From Octopus bimaculoides (taxonomy: Eukaryota): a stretch of 64,000 nucleotides of DNA. The stretch is from NCBI RefSeq assembly GCF_001194135.2, contig NC_068985.1:9545944-9609943 (forward strand). The letters are read 5' to 3'. Below, one piece after another: positions 25,746 to 39,690 of this stretch (the stretch's first letter is position 1; each line of letters starts with the position of its first letter). The notes beneath the pieces were generated by a model. It saw only the letters and a program-made list of their open reading frames with translations. It was not told the DNA's origin and ran no database searches. The translations under genes were made by a program, and so were the position numbers.

Positions 25746-26223
25746 CCTCGACTGAAACAACCATAGGAAGACGAAAAGAAAAGGAAAATAAAACAGCGAA
25801 ATAGAGAAGATAAAGAGAAGTCCAAGATGAAAGAGAAGAAAGTAGAGAAAGAAGAAAAATGAAAGTAGAAAACAGGATAAAAAACAGAGGAGAGAGGATC
25901 CATGTTAATGGAGAAGAAATGTGTACAGCCTATGATACCATCCCAATAAATTACCTGCAATCAATCTATAGATTCTCCATAAAAACTCCCTAAGGACTGA
26001 ATGGTAAAGTCAGCCTAGTTGTATTTGAACCTAGAAATGTGAAACAAATTGAATTAGATAGCATAAAGAACATTCAGTGTTACTCTCCACGGCCTCCACA
26101 AACCAAGCTAGAGTCAATAACAATAACAGCAATAATAATAGCCGTTGTTCTTGTCACTGCATCATGGTAGAAAGGAGTGGGGTCGGGTGGGCTATTTTAG
26201 ATTCAGTCTTATGCTGTAATCGT

Positions 26224-26600
26224 AGAGGCGCAATGGCCCAGTGGTTAGGGCAGCGGACTCGTGGTCGTAGGATCGCGGTTTCGATTCCCAGACCGGGCGT
26301 TGTGAGTGTTTATTGAGCAAAAACACCTAAAGCTCCACGAGGCTCCGGCAGGGGATGGTGGCGAACCCTGCTGTACTCTTTCACCACAACTTTCTCTCAC
26401 TCTTACTTCCTGTTTCTGTTGTGCCTGTAATTCAAAGGGTCAGCCTTGTCACACTCTGTGTCACGCTGAATCTCCCCCGAGAACTACGCTAAGGGTACAC
26501 ATGTCTGTGGAGTGCTCAGCCACTTGCACGTTAATTTCATGAGCAGGCTGTTCCGTTGATCGGATCAACTGGAACCATCATCATCGTAACCAATGGAGTG
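26224..26600 (+). mobile_element. tRNA-derived SINE (separate family)
   Basis: A-box-like TGGCCCAGTGG and B-box-like GGTTTCGATTCC followed by ~300 bp of non-tRNA body; part of the body recurs near 3530-3570. Confidence 0.7.
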
Positions 26601-27814
26601 CCAGCTCTCTCTATGCTGTAATCATTTGGTTTTCCTTAAGCCCCTAAGAGAACCCCTTAGTGTTCAATAATTTTTAAGGTACTTGGAGCAAATCCCAAGT
26701 GTGTAGGAATTGTTTAGGGTGCATCTGTGCTTAATCTCTTTTTTTTTCATTCAGAATATCAGGTGCAGGCATGGCTGTGTAGTTAAGAAGTTTGCTTCCC
26801 AAACCTCAAGGCTTCAGGTTCAATCCTACTGGACAGTACCCTGGGCAAGTATCAGTTCCGAGCTGACCAAAGTCTTGAAAGTAGATTTGGCAGGCAGAAA
26901 CTGACAGTTGGCCGCTGACACTCGTTTGATGCTGCATCAAAGAGGTCAGGGAACAGAAGAAAGAAGACATGCACTCAACACCAGAGCTGAAGACACCTCC
27001 GAAAGGGGGGGACCCTGCCACATCAAAACGGTAGAGGAGAGTAGGGGCCGAAACCGGACATGGTTCCTCCTGATGATGTCTTGAGCTAACTGGATCCTAT
27101 AAAGGAGTTGTTGTGGTAGCAGACCACGAAACATGGTTGAAATTCTTCTACAGAGTATGTCTCAACCATAATGTGATGTCAGCACAAAGAGACAGAAAGA
27201 CACACACACACACACAAAATGGGCTTCTTTCATTTTCTGTCAACAAAAATTCACTCATACAGCTTTGGTCGACCCAAAGCCACAGTAGAATACACTTGCC
27301 TGAAGTGTCAAGCAATGGGATTGAACCCAAAACCACATGATTGAGAAGCAAACTACTCAAGCACACAGCCTAATTAACTAGCAGCTATCATAGAAGCATC
27401 TCACTATATCTCTTTACCATCTGTGCCAGAGCTTCAGTAGTAAGGAGGTAAGTACCAAAGATTGATTTCCCACCAGGAATGCACTTTGCCTTTCACAAAT
27501 GTGATAGCCTCTACACCAGAGGCTCTCAGCTGCAGTTCCAAGGACCACATGTGGCCCACAAGTATAAATCTGCAACCGCCAATCGTTTTTCTTCTCTAAA
27601 TATTTTTTTTTTTTTTAACTGGCTTGTTTAACTTTTTTGGTGTGTCCCCTTAAAAAAAATCCAGCTTTAGATCTGGTTCAGATATTAAGGAATTTGGGAA
27701 CCACAGCTTTATACAGTCATTTAACCTACTAGAAATAGCAGGTCAATATCCTCCAAATCCTACCCTACTTTTAAAAAATGGGAGGACATATTAGATAATG
27801 GGATACACCTAGTG

Positions 27815-28135
27815 AAAGCACACGGTTCAGTGGCTAGAGCATCAGGGTTACAATCCTGGGGTTGCAAGTTCGATTCCTTGACTGGGTTGTGTGTTGTGTT
27901 CTTGAGCAAGACACTTCATTTCACGTTGCTCCAGTTCACTCAGCTGTGGAAATGAGTTGCGACGTCACAGGTGCCAAGCTGTATTGGCCCCTTTGCCTTT
28001 CCCTTGGATAACATCGGTGGCATGGAGAATGGAGGCTGGTATGCACGGACGACTGCTGGTCTTCTATAAACAACCTTGCCCAGACTCGTGCCTCGGAGGG
28101 TGACTTTCTAGACGCAAACCCATGGTCAGTCATGA
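27815..28135 (+). mobile_element. tRNA-derived SINE (fourth family)
   Basis: GTTCGATTCC B box and GTGTTGTGTTCTTGAGCAAGACACTT core; an inverted copy lies at 30975-31290. Confidence 0.75.
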
Positions 28136-28639
28136 TCAAAGAAAAGGATGAGATGATCACAGTTAGAATGCTTCAGACCAAGGCTGACCTGGGAGCTGAC
28201 CGACAGCAATATGAACAACAATAACAACCTGTAGCCATTGCAATTAGATGAGCAGTAAATTACTCTCCAAGCATCCAAGCATCGAAGTTTACCTCCATCC
28301 TTGGTTGCTGTCTGCTGCAGCAATTACTCCGGTTTAATTGTCTTGTGCAGTAAATAGTTTACAGTTTCACAGTTATATTGCTATTCAATACAAACTGGCC
28401 GGATCAATATCTGCTGAAACAGGTTAAGCTTGTGCAAGTGCATACATTCTGTTACTGGGGCTGGCTGTTTGCTTTTGTTTTGTTTGGTTTGGTTTATTTG
28501 TTTTTTTGAATTTTGATTTTTGATTTTCTTTTTTTTCGTCTTCTGTATGTTTATACTTCTTTCACTTTCCTTGTTAGGCAGAGGGAGGGGTGGTTGTTGT
28601 TGTTGTTCTGCTGCGAGTGGGTGGTTTGACATGATGCAT

Positions 28640-28646
28640 GTGATGT

Positions 28647-28698
<52 letters not shown>

Positions 28699-28925
28699 GG
28701 TAGTAGTAGTAGCAGCAGCAGCAGCAGTGGTAGTACTAGTAGTAGTAGTAGTAGCAGCAGCAGTAGTAGTAATAATAGTAGTAATGGTAGTATTAGTGGC
28801 AGTAGCAGTTATGGTAGTAGTAGTAGTAGTAGTAGTAGTAGTATCAGTGGTGGTATGGTGAGTATGGTAATGTTAATGGAAGGGAAACAAAGCAACAGCA
28901 ACAACAACAACAACAACAACAAAAA
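28640..28925. repeat. (AGC/AGT/GGT)n and (CAA)n microsatellites
   Basis: Direct reading; they account for the poly-V/A ORF. Confidence 0.9.
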
Positions 28926-29268
28926 CAGCAAGTGGTTCTCAAAATGTGCAACATTTCTGCATGGGCTGGTATCTCGTTGAAAAAGTGAACACGATCGCTT
29001 TGATGATCATCCTCACCAGCATCATCAACATCATCATCATTATTATCGCCAACATAATTTTCTACCATCACACAACCATTGTTGTCATTTTTATTGCAGC
29101 TCTCATCATCAGTCGAGGTCATTGTAATCAATCAAAAGTCATCGTTATCATCATGTAACAAGGGTGTCCTACATGACCACCCAACCTGCATAATGAAACT
29201 ATGAGTCAAGCCATCCTCATTAAACCCCCAACTACATCTCTAATAAGGGCAACATATTCACATTTCAC

Positions 29269-29463
29269 CCCTTTAGCATTCAGATTATCAAATGTAATGC
29301 TTGTTTATCCACATTGTTGTCAATTAATCAGGTATTATCTTGTAGCTTAGCAATCTCAATGATGTGACATGTGGGGTAGGTGTGAAAGGCCAGATCTGGC
29401 TGGTTTACAAGTGAAACAGGTAGAATATCTGGGCTAGGTATGGCCAGTTTAAATGCCAAAAGG
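29269..29463. mobile_element. piggyBac-like MITE, family P2
   Basis: CCCTTTAGCATTCAG...TAAATGCCAAAAGG|TTAA. Confidence 0.65.
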
Positions 29464-29645
29464 TTAAGCAGATGAATGTTAATTGTAACATTCATGCCTT
29501 TCCAAAGGATACAAGCACAAAGTTACAATGTCTAAACTGTTAACATCCCACGGTGTGGCACCTTAGGCAAGTGTCTTCTACTATAGCCTCGGGCCAACTA
29601 AAACCTTGTGAGCGGATGTGGTAGACAGAAACTGAAAGAAGCCCA

Positions 29646-29689
<44 letters not shown>

Positions 29690-29913
29690 GGGTTTGTATG
29701 ATAGTGTATAAAGTAATGTATTATTCAAAAGAATTCCAACTCTGTCTGTTTTTTATGTTTTATTTATATTCTTATAAAATTAATGTGGGATATAGAATAT
29801 GGAATATATAGTATATATAGTAAAATGAAATGAAGTATTGAATGTCTTATTGAATAAATGAAATCATATAAATAAAGCATAAAAAACAGACAGAGTTGGA
29901 ATTCTTTTGAATA

Positions 29914-29965
<52 letters not shown>

Positions 29966-30974
29966 ATTTGTGTGTGTGTGTGTGTGTGTGTGTGTCTGTG
30001 TTTGTTCCCCCACCATTGCTTGACAACTAATGTTGGTGTGTTTACATGCCCATAACTTAGCAGTTCGGCAAAAGAGACTGACAGAAATAAGTACTAGGCT
30101 TAGAAAGAATAAGTCTTGGGATCGATATTTTCGACTAAGAAGGCATTGCTCCAGCATGGCCGCAGTCAAAATGACTGAAACCAGTAAAAGACTAAAGGAA
30201 TGAAATAATACACTTACCGTCACTCGAGTTCAGAGTGAAGGTAAGAGATCGAGTGTCGCAGCATGGTCTGAATATAATAAATGCAGGAGAGGGTTTCGAA
30301 AACGAGATCAGCTTCGTCTAGGTTTTTAACGAAACAAGAAAAACACAAGCATAAGTGCAGGAGTGGCTGTGTGGTAAGAAGTTTGCTTCTCAACCACATG
30401 GTTCTAGGTTCAGTCTCACTGCATGGCACCTTGGGCAAGTGTCTTCTGCTACAGCCCCAGGCTGATCAAGGCTTTGTGGGTGGATTTAGTAGATGAAAGA
30501 AACACGTTGTATATATATCCACATATTTATGCTCAAGTATCCTTGTGTTTGTACCCCACCACTTGACAATCAGTGTTGGTTTGTTTACATCCTTGTACCC
30601 TAGCAGTTTGGCGTAAGAAACTAATAGAATAACTATGAAGGTTAATACAAAAAAATAAGTACTGAAATTGACCTGTTTGACCAAAACCCTTCAAAGCAGA
30701 GCCCCAGCATGGCCACAGTCCAGTGATTGAAGCAAGTAAAAGATTGAAGATTACAAGACTGCTTTCTTCTTCCTGAAAATTTTCATCTTTGAAATAGCAT
30801 CAATAATTCTGGAAATAGCAACAATTGCTAAATGCTTCATACAGGCAAGTTGAATTATGTAGAATTGGGGGTAACTGACCCAACAAGCTCAGTTGGTGAA
30901 CCTCGTTTGAATTCCCAGTTGCCAGGTTCTAATTTTACTGACACAACATACACCTCTGTGTAAAGGGTAAGACC

Positions 30975-31290
30975 CTCTTCAGTATTGAGTGACCATGAGA
31001 CTGCACCTAGAAAGTTCTCCTCTGAGGCACAAGTCTGGGCAAGGATGTTTATGGAAGACCAGCAGTCGCCAATGCATACCAGCCTCCTCCCTTCTCCAGG
31101 CCAACGATGTTGTCCAAAGGAAAAGCAAAGGCCAAAACAGTTTGGCACCAGTGATGTCACAGCTTATTTCAACACCTGAGTGAACTGGAGCAACATGAAA
31201 TAAAGTGTCTTGCTCAAGAACACAACACACAGCCCGGTCTAGGAATCAAACTCACTACCTCATGCTTGTGAGTATAACATTCTAAGCACT
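30975..31290 (-). mobile_element. tRNA-derived SINE (fourth family)
   Basis: Reverse complement of 27815-28135. Confidence 0.75.
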
Positions 31291-32149
31291 GAGCCATTCA
31301 AGTTTCATGGAACTACACAGATAAGAGATACATCTTCCCCTAGGGAAGACACCAAGTTTTTACAGAAGATATTTCACAAAGATCCAGAAACTATTCTTGT
31401 AAACTTGGAGACTTGCAGAGTCTATGATTAATTGTACCGGTCAAATACAACAGCAAAAGAGCATGCTTATAAGATTCGAACTGAAGAACAGCCTGCAAGA
31501 AGTCCAGTACCACATCGAGTCAGTTACTGCAGTCTCACACTGGCTAGAAAATGATGATGCAAACAGCCGTGTCTGCAGACTACTAAAATTGATATCTAAC
31601 ATCTTGCTGGATACGTGTCTGTTCCAAGAATGAGTTCTTCGAAAACTAAGCTTGCCTTTTATATTCCATCCCAAAAATTGATACAAAAAAAAAAGGACCA
31701 TGAATGTTACAATTAACATTCATCTGCCAAACCTTTTGGCATTTAAACTGGCTCAGATATTCTACCTGTTTTACCTGTAAACCAGCCAAATCCACTCTTT
31801 CCTTTGGTTTCAAATTTTGGCACAAGGCCAGTAATTTGGGGTGGGGGTCAGGGTGTTAGTCAATTGCATTGATCCCAGGGCTCAAATGGTACTTATTCTA
31901 TCAACCCCGAAAGGATGAAAGGCAAAGTCGACTCTGGCAGTATTTGAACTCGGAGCATAAAGTTGGAAGAAATGCTGCCAAGCATTGTTCACAGTGCAGT
32001 AACAATTCAGCCAGCTGACCACTTGATGTACCAGTAATATATTGGAGAGTCAAAATCGAACCAAATGCTTGCAGTGGAATTGAAACCTCAACCAATGAAC
32101 AAGTAGGCAAAGTTCAATACTTTACAGACTAAGCTATTTTGTTCATATT

Positions 32150-32343
32150 CTTTTATTAGCTTCAGTCATTTGACTGCGGCCATGCTGGAGCACCGCCTTT
32201 AGTCAAACATATCAACCCCAGGACTTATTCTTTGTAAGCCTAGTTATTATTTCAGGGTCTTTTGCTGAACCGCCAATTTACGGAGATGTAAACACACCAA
32301 CATCAGTTGTCAGGCAATGGTGGGGGGACAGACACAGACACAG

Positions 32344-32394
<51 letters not shown>

Positions 32395-32540
32395 ACAGGC
32401 TTCTTTCAGTTTCCGTCTACCAAATCCACTCACAAGGCTATAATAGAAGACACTTGCCCAAGGTGCCACGCAGTGAGACTGAACCCGGAACCATGTGGTT
32501 GGTAAGTAAGCTACTAACCACACAGCCGCTCCAGTGCCTA
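32150..32540 (-). mobile_element. CORE-like SINE with an internal deletion
   Basis: Head, CORE-like motif, (TA)n(TG)n and tail all present in reverse orientation. Confidence 0.85.
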
Positions 32541-33493
32541 TGTTCACATCCTTGAAAAAGCATGAATGCCACAACTAACATTTTGCAGCAGATAGAAATT
32601 TCAAGCTCTAGGAGACAACCAGGGAGCACCTATGTAGTTGTTTTATATGCTAGACATAACAGCCAAATCTCCATCAAATCATCATGTTATTAAGAAAATA
32701 AAGGATACATTGGCTAACAGTCATAAATATACAAAAATGAGACGATCATAGTTGGGATGCTTTTCATCATAGGTCTGCTCAATCTGGGTTGACCTGGGGC
32801 TAAGTCACAACAGAACCTTGAATGGCATTCTTCAGTAAAATTCCAACAAAACTGCAATGGGAGAATCACACCCACCCACATATTATATCCAATGGAGAAT
32901 TATGACATCATAGCAAGCACATCTGGAACTGGATATGCAATATGCTGATTCACTGTGATCCAGTTCAGTTCAGAGATATTGATAATCTATGCTGGTATAA
33001 TAATGAAAGTGGAGGATTCGCTTCCCCCAAGTGGAAAGAGTAAAATCAATAACAGCAGAAACAGCAATTAATACAATAATAACATGATTACATTGACATA
33101 AATAAATACCAGTCTGCATGCACAGTAAGTGTGGAGAGCTGCAGCATCCAGCCTTGTGATGGTGACTGTTCAGGGGATAAGAACTGCATCTGAACCAGGT
33201 CATGCAGGCACAGACGTGGACGCATGATTAATAAGTGGGTTTAGCATTTTACAGGATTCTGGGTCTAATCATAACTGTGCAGCGCATGGGGCAAATATCG
33301 TCTACGAAAACTCTCGGGTTAATAACCCCAGCCTTGTGAATAATAATTAGGTGGATGGAAATTGTGTGGAATGGGCTTCCATGCAGAATCCGTCAGTTTT
33401 GTGGGTAGGCACATCTGCTATAGCCTCGGGCCCACCAAAGCCTTGTGAGTGGATTTGGTAGACGGAAACTGAAAGAAGCCCATCGTATATATG

Positions 33494-33530
<37 letters not shown>

Positions 33531-34003
33531 NNNNNNNNNNNNNNNNNNNNNNNNNNNNNNNNNNNNNNNNNNNNNNNNNNNNNNNNNNNNNNNNNNNNNN
33601 NNNNNNNNNNNNNNNNNNNNNNNNNNNNNNNNNNNNNNNNNNNNNNNNNNNNNNNNNNNNNNNNNNNNNNNNNNNNNNNNNNNNNNNNNNNNNNNNNNNN
33701 NNNNNNNNNNNNNNNNNNNNNNNNNNNNNNNNNNNNNNNNNNNNNNNNNNNNNNNNNNNNNNNNNNNNNNNNNNNNNNNNNNNNNNNNNNNNNNNNNNNN
33801 NNNNNNNNNNNNNNNNNNNNNNNNNNNNNNNNNNNNNNNNNNNNNNNNNNNNNNNNNNNNNNNNNNNNNNNNNNNNNNNNNNNNNNNNNNNNNNNNNNNN
33901 NNNNNNNNNNNNNNNNNNNNNNNNNNNNNNNNNNNNNNNNNNNNNNNNNNNNNNNNNNNNNNNNNNNNNNNNNNNNNNNNNNNNNNNNNNNNNNNNNNNN
34001 NNN

Positions 34004-34079
<76 letters not shown>

Positions 34080-34081
<2 letters not shown>

Positions 34082-34260
34082 TGATCTGTTCATTGCTGGT
34101 CGTAGCATTAGCACTGTAAAACTGACAAATGATTTATTGGTTTAAAGAATCAAGTTCTACTCTTTCCTTGGATGCTGTCAGAAGAACTGTATCAAACTGA
34201 ATTGTTCCTGAACCATGTGATGATCACCCATGGATGGATACTATTGCTCAAGAGACATCA
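34080..34260 (+). mobile_element. Possible decayed Gypsy-type RT fragment
   Basis: DDLFIAG followed, after a frameshift, by ELFLNHVMITHG resembles RT motifs DD.LIAG and V.FLGH.I...G; a weaker similar piece (VYD*L..S.T..EH) lies at 31340-31480. Confidence 0.3.
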
Positions 34261-34507
34261 AGTATTTGACTCGATCAACAGTTGTAACATACAGTAATGT
34301 TGTAGGTTCTAATATCACAAGCTGAACAGGGAAAGTTCAATGTACCCCACAGCTGTGGCCATGTGGTAAGAAGTTTGCTTCCCGACCACATGGTTCTGGG
34401 TTCAATCCCACAGTATGGCACCTAAAGCAAGTGTCTTCTACTATAACTTTAGGCCGACCAAAGCCTTCTGAGTGGATCTAGTAGACAGAAACTGAAAGAA
34501 AACTACC

Positions 34508-34541
<34 letters not shown>

Positions 34542-35971
34542 NNNNNNNNNNNNNNNNNNNNNNNNNNNNNNNNNNNNNNNNNNNNNNNNNNNNNNNNNNN
34601 NNNNNNNNNNNNNNNNNNNNNNNNNNNNNNNNNNNNNNNNNNNNNNNNNNNNNNNNNNNNNNNNNNNNNNNNNNNNNNNNNNNNNNNNNNNNNNNNNNNN
34701 NNNNNNNNNGTTTACATCCCTGTAACTTAGCAGCTCAGCAAAAGAGGCCAAAAGAATAAGTACCAGGCTTTAAAACAATAAGTACTGGTGTCGATTCGTC
34801 CAACTAAGGTTCTTCAAAGCAGTGCCCCAGCATGGCCACAGCTTAATGACTGAAACAAGTAAAAGATAAAAGAACTCCAAAAGAAGTACACACACTTGTT
34901 GACCTTCTTCCTGGGCAAACCCGTAGAGCTTAGCCATGAGAGGTCCTTAATTATGGAGACACCAACTTGAGAAATGCCAATCTCGTTTTTGGCTACAGCA
35001 TTCCTCTTTCAATGAAAATTAGAGAAGTGAATGCAATCTTATTATTTGGTGTGGCAAGGAAGAAAAAAAAGAAACCAAGAAACATAGAATTAAGTCTAAA
35101 ATACTTTGGCACTGCTCCAGCATGGCTTTAGCTGTGAAGGCTAAAATGAACTAAAGAACTCGTTGAGCATACATTAAGATGCCTCCTGCTAATACAAGAT
35201 GTGGGTGTAGCAGATACGGTCGAAAATATGCCAGTAATGAAACATGTGCAAACACAGATAAAAATTTTGAAAGACAAAATGAAGCCCTCACAGAACGTGT
35301 TTTTTTTTTATATAATTTACTATCATCCATTTATAATTTGACCATGTTGTTATCGTTTTAAAGGTAAAGGCTAAAATAAACTTTAAAACTACTCTTTATA
35401 ATATACATACTCCTGTTGCTTTCATCAGTAGCATGCATCTGTATATAATTCCTTAAGTATAGCAAGAGATGTGATGTGCTGATAAAGATTTTGGCAACTT
35501 GGTTTCAAACTTGGTTGTCATTCTCAGTTGGAACTCCTTTACATTGTTAATATCTTCCAGTAGGGTTAAAGCAACGAGCTGGAAGAATCGTTAACACGCC
35601 AGGCAAAGTACTTAGTGGCATTTCCTCCATTATTATGTTCTGAGTTCAAATTCTACCATGGTTGACGTTGCCTTTCATCCTTTCACGGTCGATAAAATAA
35701 ATACCAGTTGAGCACTGGGGCTGATGTAGTCAACTTGCCCCCTCCCCCGAATTTGCTGGCCTTGTGCCAAAATTTGAAATCAATATTGTCTAGTAGAGTT
35801 GACCTGCCTTTTAATAATAATAATGAAATTATTGTGTATAGAGCTCAGGTGCACTACAACTCGTCTAAGGTACACATACAGTATGTAGAATTATGTACAA
35901 AAGTCAGGAAAGTGAATGGTGTGAGAGTCATGATATATATGTGTGCAGGCGTATGGAGGGGGGGGGGAAAT

Positions 35972-36355
<384 letters not shown>

Positions 36356-37621
36356 TCGGACTTCTTTCAGTTTCTGTCTACCAAATCCACTCACAAGGTT
36401 TCAGTCAGTCGAGTGCTACAGCAGAAAACACTTGCCCAAGGTGCCAAACTGCAAGACTGAACCCAGAACCATGTGGTTGGGAAGCAAGCATCTTACACAC
36501 AAAGCCAATTTTTGTAGCTGATTGGATTAAGCCCAGTATATTACTGGTTCTTATTTCACCAAATCTGAAAAAGTGTCAAACTGAAAGACAAACGTTAGAA
36601 CTCTGTGACATTTAAAACTCCAAACTGTGAAGGAGAGAAACAAAACTAAATAGACGGAAGGCATTGAGTTGTGTGAACTTTGCAATCAGCCGCCTACACT
36701 GCTTTTTACATTATTAAATTCTATAAATAGATCTTAACATTTCTTCTTTATATATAATTCTCTCAATTCCCACTAATAATTCCTCTCAAAGCAGAAACAG
36801 AACTTGCTCCCATTTGAAAAATTCTCCCCTACCTTCCTGAATAAGAAAAAAAAAAATGTCATAATATGTCGTACGAGTATAATAGCAAGAATTAAGAAAA
36901 TGTGGATGGAGGTTCTTACCGTCCTGTTTATATATAATTCTTGGAATTTTTATTTTTATTTTTTATTGTGATTATGTTCGTGGTATTTATAGACACTTAA
37001 AAGCCTGGTTGATTTTATTAGATGTTGAGAAGTCAAGTGGGCTTGACGAATTTAACAGAACCTTAACATTACATTGGCTTTGATTATACATATTTAACGT
37101 TGGCAGAGGCCACACAAAGAGAGTAAATTCAAAGAAAACTGGTGAGGATCTATGTCAGCAAAGATTAAGCTAAAACTGTCTGAGAGTGAAGATGATTAGG
37201 GAAGGGGCTTTTGTCATTTACTTTCCTACAGCTCAAGCAACGACCCATTTTCTCTCTTACTTTGGAGACATGAGTAAGAGCCTGAGAGTCAACAAATTCT
37301 TCACTCTTTACAGCAACTGCACTTAACAAGTTTTCCTATTCTCCAGTAAACCATGTTTTTGTAGCATTTGTCGTGAGTTGTAGTGTTGTGGGTCGGTCTG
37401 ACACGATGACTGGCTCAGTTGCAGAATGATAAATACTGCAAGGCACAAAGCAAGCAATATTAACACTAATAACGCTACTGTCCTCTGTTGGCCAATTTTC
37501 TTTCAAAGTCTTTATAATTACAGCAGTATCCCCACCACCACCACCACCACCAGGATTGGGTTAAAATTAACCACTGGGTTGTTGAAATTTTCGTTTTCTA
37601 TTTAACAAACATTATTCATAT

Positions 37622-37723
37622 TTATGGCACCTTGGGCAAGTGTCTTCTACTATAGCCTTGGGTCGACCAAAGCTTTGTGAGTGGATTTGGTAGACGGAAA
37701 CTGAAAGAAGCCCGTCGTATATA

Positions 37724-37754
<31 letters not shown>

Positions 37755-37950
37755 GCATGTGTGTTTGTTCCCCCACCATCACTTGACAACTGATGCTGGT
37801 GTGTTTACGTCCCCGTAACTTAGCAGTTTGGCAAAAAGAGATCGATAGAATAAGTACTAAGCTTACAAAGAATAAGTCCTGGGGTCGATTTGTTCAACTA
37901 AAGGTGGTGCCCCAGCATGGCTGCAGTAAAATGACTGAAACAAGTAAAGA
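37622..37950 (+). mobile_element. CORE-like SINE (5' truncated)
   Basis: Starts at TGGCACCTTGGGCAAGTGTC and has the complete tail. Confidence 0.85.
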
Positions 37951-38706
37951 GTATAGTAGCAAATTCAGTTTTTCAGATAAGAGGTAGGGGGCTCTGAAAG
38001 GGGTCTCAGGGAGTAGTGTCCCTGCCTTCCTGAGCTAGTTTTCCACCACATTTCTTAAAAGTCGTAGTAAAGCCCTTGGTCTTGGGACCACTCATGTCTA
38101 GAAACTGAGGTTGGGGATAAGCAAGGGCATGCTCTCTGTAGAAAATCCAGCTCTGAAAAAGCCTCATGATAATGGTAAAGGAGAATGGTGTGAGAGCAGT
38201 TGCTATGGCATTGAGGTAGATCCAGCCACACAAATTAATGGGGACAAAACCCTGGATTTAAAATGATGGATGAGAATGAGATAAGAGGGAGTCTTTCAGA
38301 GCAAACAACTCCTGAGACATTTTTAGGGTACTGGAGTTGCATTCCACATTGGTTCTTCGTGGCTTAAAAGAGATATATGAAATTCAGAAGACTGGCAGGA
38401 GTTGAACTGTTTCCATTGTTTTTTTTTTAGTCCAGAAAAACTAGACATGTTAACATTTCTGATACAGACACCTGTTTAAAGTATTCATATTTAAAACACA
38501 TTCTATTATTGTTCTTTCTCTATTTTTAACTTGTTTCAGTCATTGGACTGCAGCCATTCTGGAGCACTGCTTCGAAGAACATTTAGTTGAATGAATTGAT
38601 CTCAGGACTTCTTTTTTTCTTTTTTTGGAGCCTGATACTTCTATCTAAGTTATAGAGATGTAAACACACAAACCCCAAGCTGTCAAGTGCTGGTGGGGGA
38701 CTAACA

Positions 38707-38745
<39 letters not shown>

Positions 38746-39439
38746 TTACAACAGGGTTCTTTCAGTTCCTGTCCACCAAATCCATGTAGAAGGCTTTGGT
38801 CAGCTCAAGGCTATAGTAGAAGACATTTGACTTAGGTGCCATGCAGTGGGAATGAACCCAGAACCATGTGGTTGAGAACCAAACATCTTACCACACAGCC
38901 TGTTATATAAGAACTTTTGTTAACTAATGATACAAACACTAGTTTAATAATAGGAAAGTTAGTTATTTTACTAAATCCTTCCAAATTCTTGATCAAGTCC
39001 AAGGCTGATCTGAAGTTAAACAACATACATATTTTACACAAACATGGCTATTATTTGGAGATTTTTTAAATTTTTTCCCCAAAATTTCTATACATTACAA
39101 TCAACTCTAACAGCCTCCCATTAATCATCTAATCAGGTGTGGGAGGTAACATGCCTACTGCACCACTTTGTTTAAGGTCATTATTTAGTCCTTGAGTACT
39201 TCTACTGGAATTAACTTGGTAGCAAAGATCTTGACCAGGTGCCAGGTTCAACATTCTTCCTGCTGATATTAACCTGAAGATGATCAGACTAAACATCGGC
39301 TGCTTCAAGACCAATGCTCTGAGAGGCTTAATATACATTATTACCACTGGCCAGCTTCTTCTGATTAAGCTACAAAACAAACAAAATTTAGGCCGCAACA
39401 TAAGCTGCAGGCCATATATGCACAATGTACTTCACTTAC

Positions 39440-39637
39440 CTTGCAAAACAGAGGTAACATGTTGTAGAGTTTATCCTCCTGTTCTTTCTGAGTAACATTT
39501 CCTTGTGGCTGGCGGAACTCCGCGAATAGTTTCCTCAGATGCATCAAACCAAGTGCATTATCCTGCGAGCTGATTGCCACAGAGGCCGACAGCTCTGGTG
39601 TTGCCCGAGGGCTAACTAGCTTCCGCATAAAACTCAT
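39440..39637 (-). CDS. WDFY3: WDFY3/ALFY (WD40, BEACH and FYVE domain autophagy adaptor), first coding exon, 66 aa
   Basis: MSFMRKLVSPRATPELSASVAISSQDNALGLMHLRKLFAEFRQPQGNVTQKEQEDKLYNMLPLFCK aligns with the human WDFY3 N-terminus as I recall it (SPQDNALGLMHLRRLF...MTQKEQEEKLYMMLPVFNR). Phase-0 donor AAG|GTAAGT at 39440/39439; ATG has A at -3. Confidence 0.93.
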
Positions 39638-39690
39638 TTTCTTTTTTTCAGCCAGTAACAGCTGCAAGATAAAAGTAAAAAAAAAAAAAT
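39638..39690 (-). promoter_or_regulatory. Splice acceptor and 24-nt 5' part of the WDFY3 ATG exon
   Basis: Minus strand reads TTTTTTTTTTTACTTTTATCTTGCAG|CTGTTACTGG (exon starts at 39661), so at least one upstream exon lies at higher coordinates. Confidence 0.8.

Noticed and set aside
26224-26300. tRNA-like sequences here and at 41873-41945 and 27815-27885
   Set aside because: They are SINE heads: they continue into repeat bodies and lack a complete cloverleaf.
28126-28323. ORF with a hydrophobic stretch resembling a signal peptide
   Set aside because: No in-frame start next to the hydrophobic stretch, no splice support and no recognisable family.
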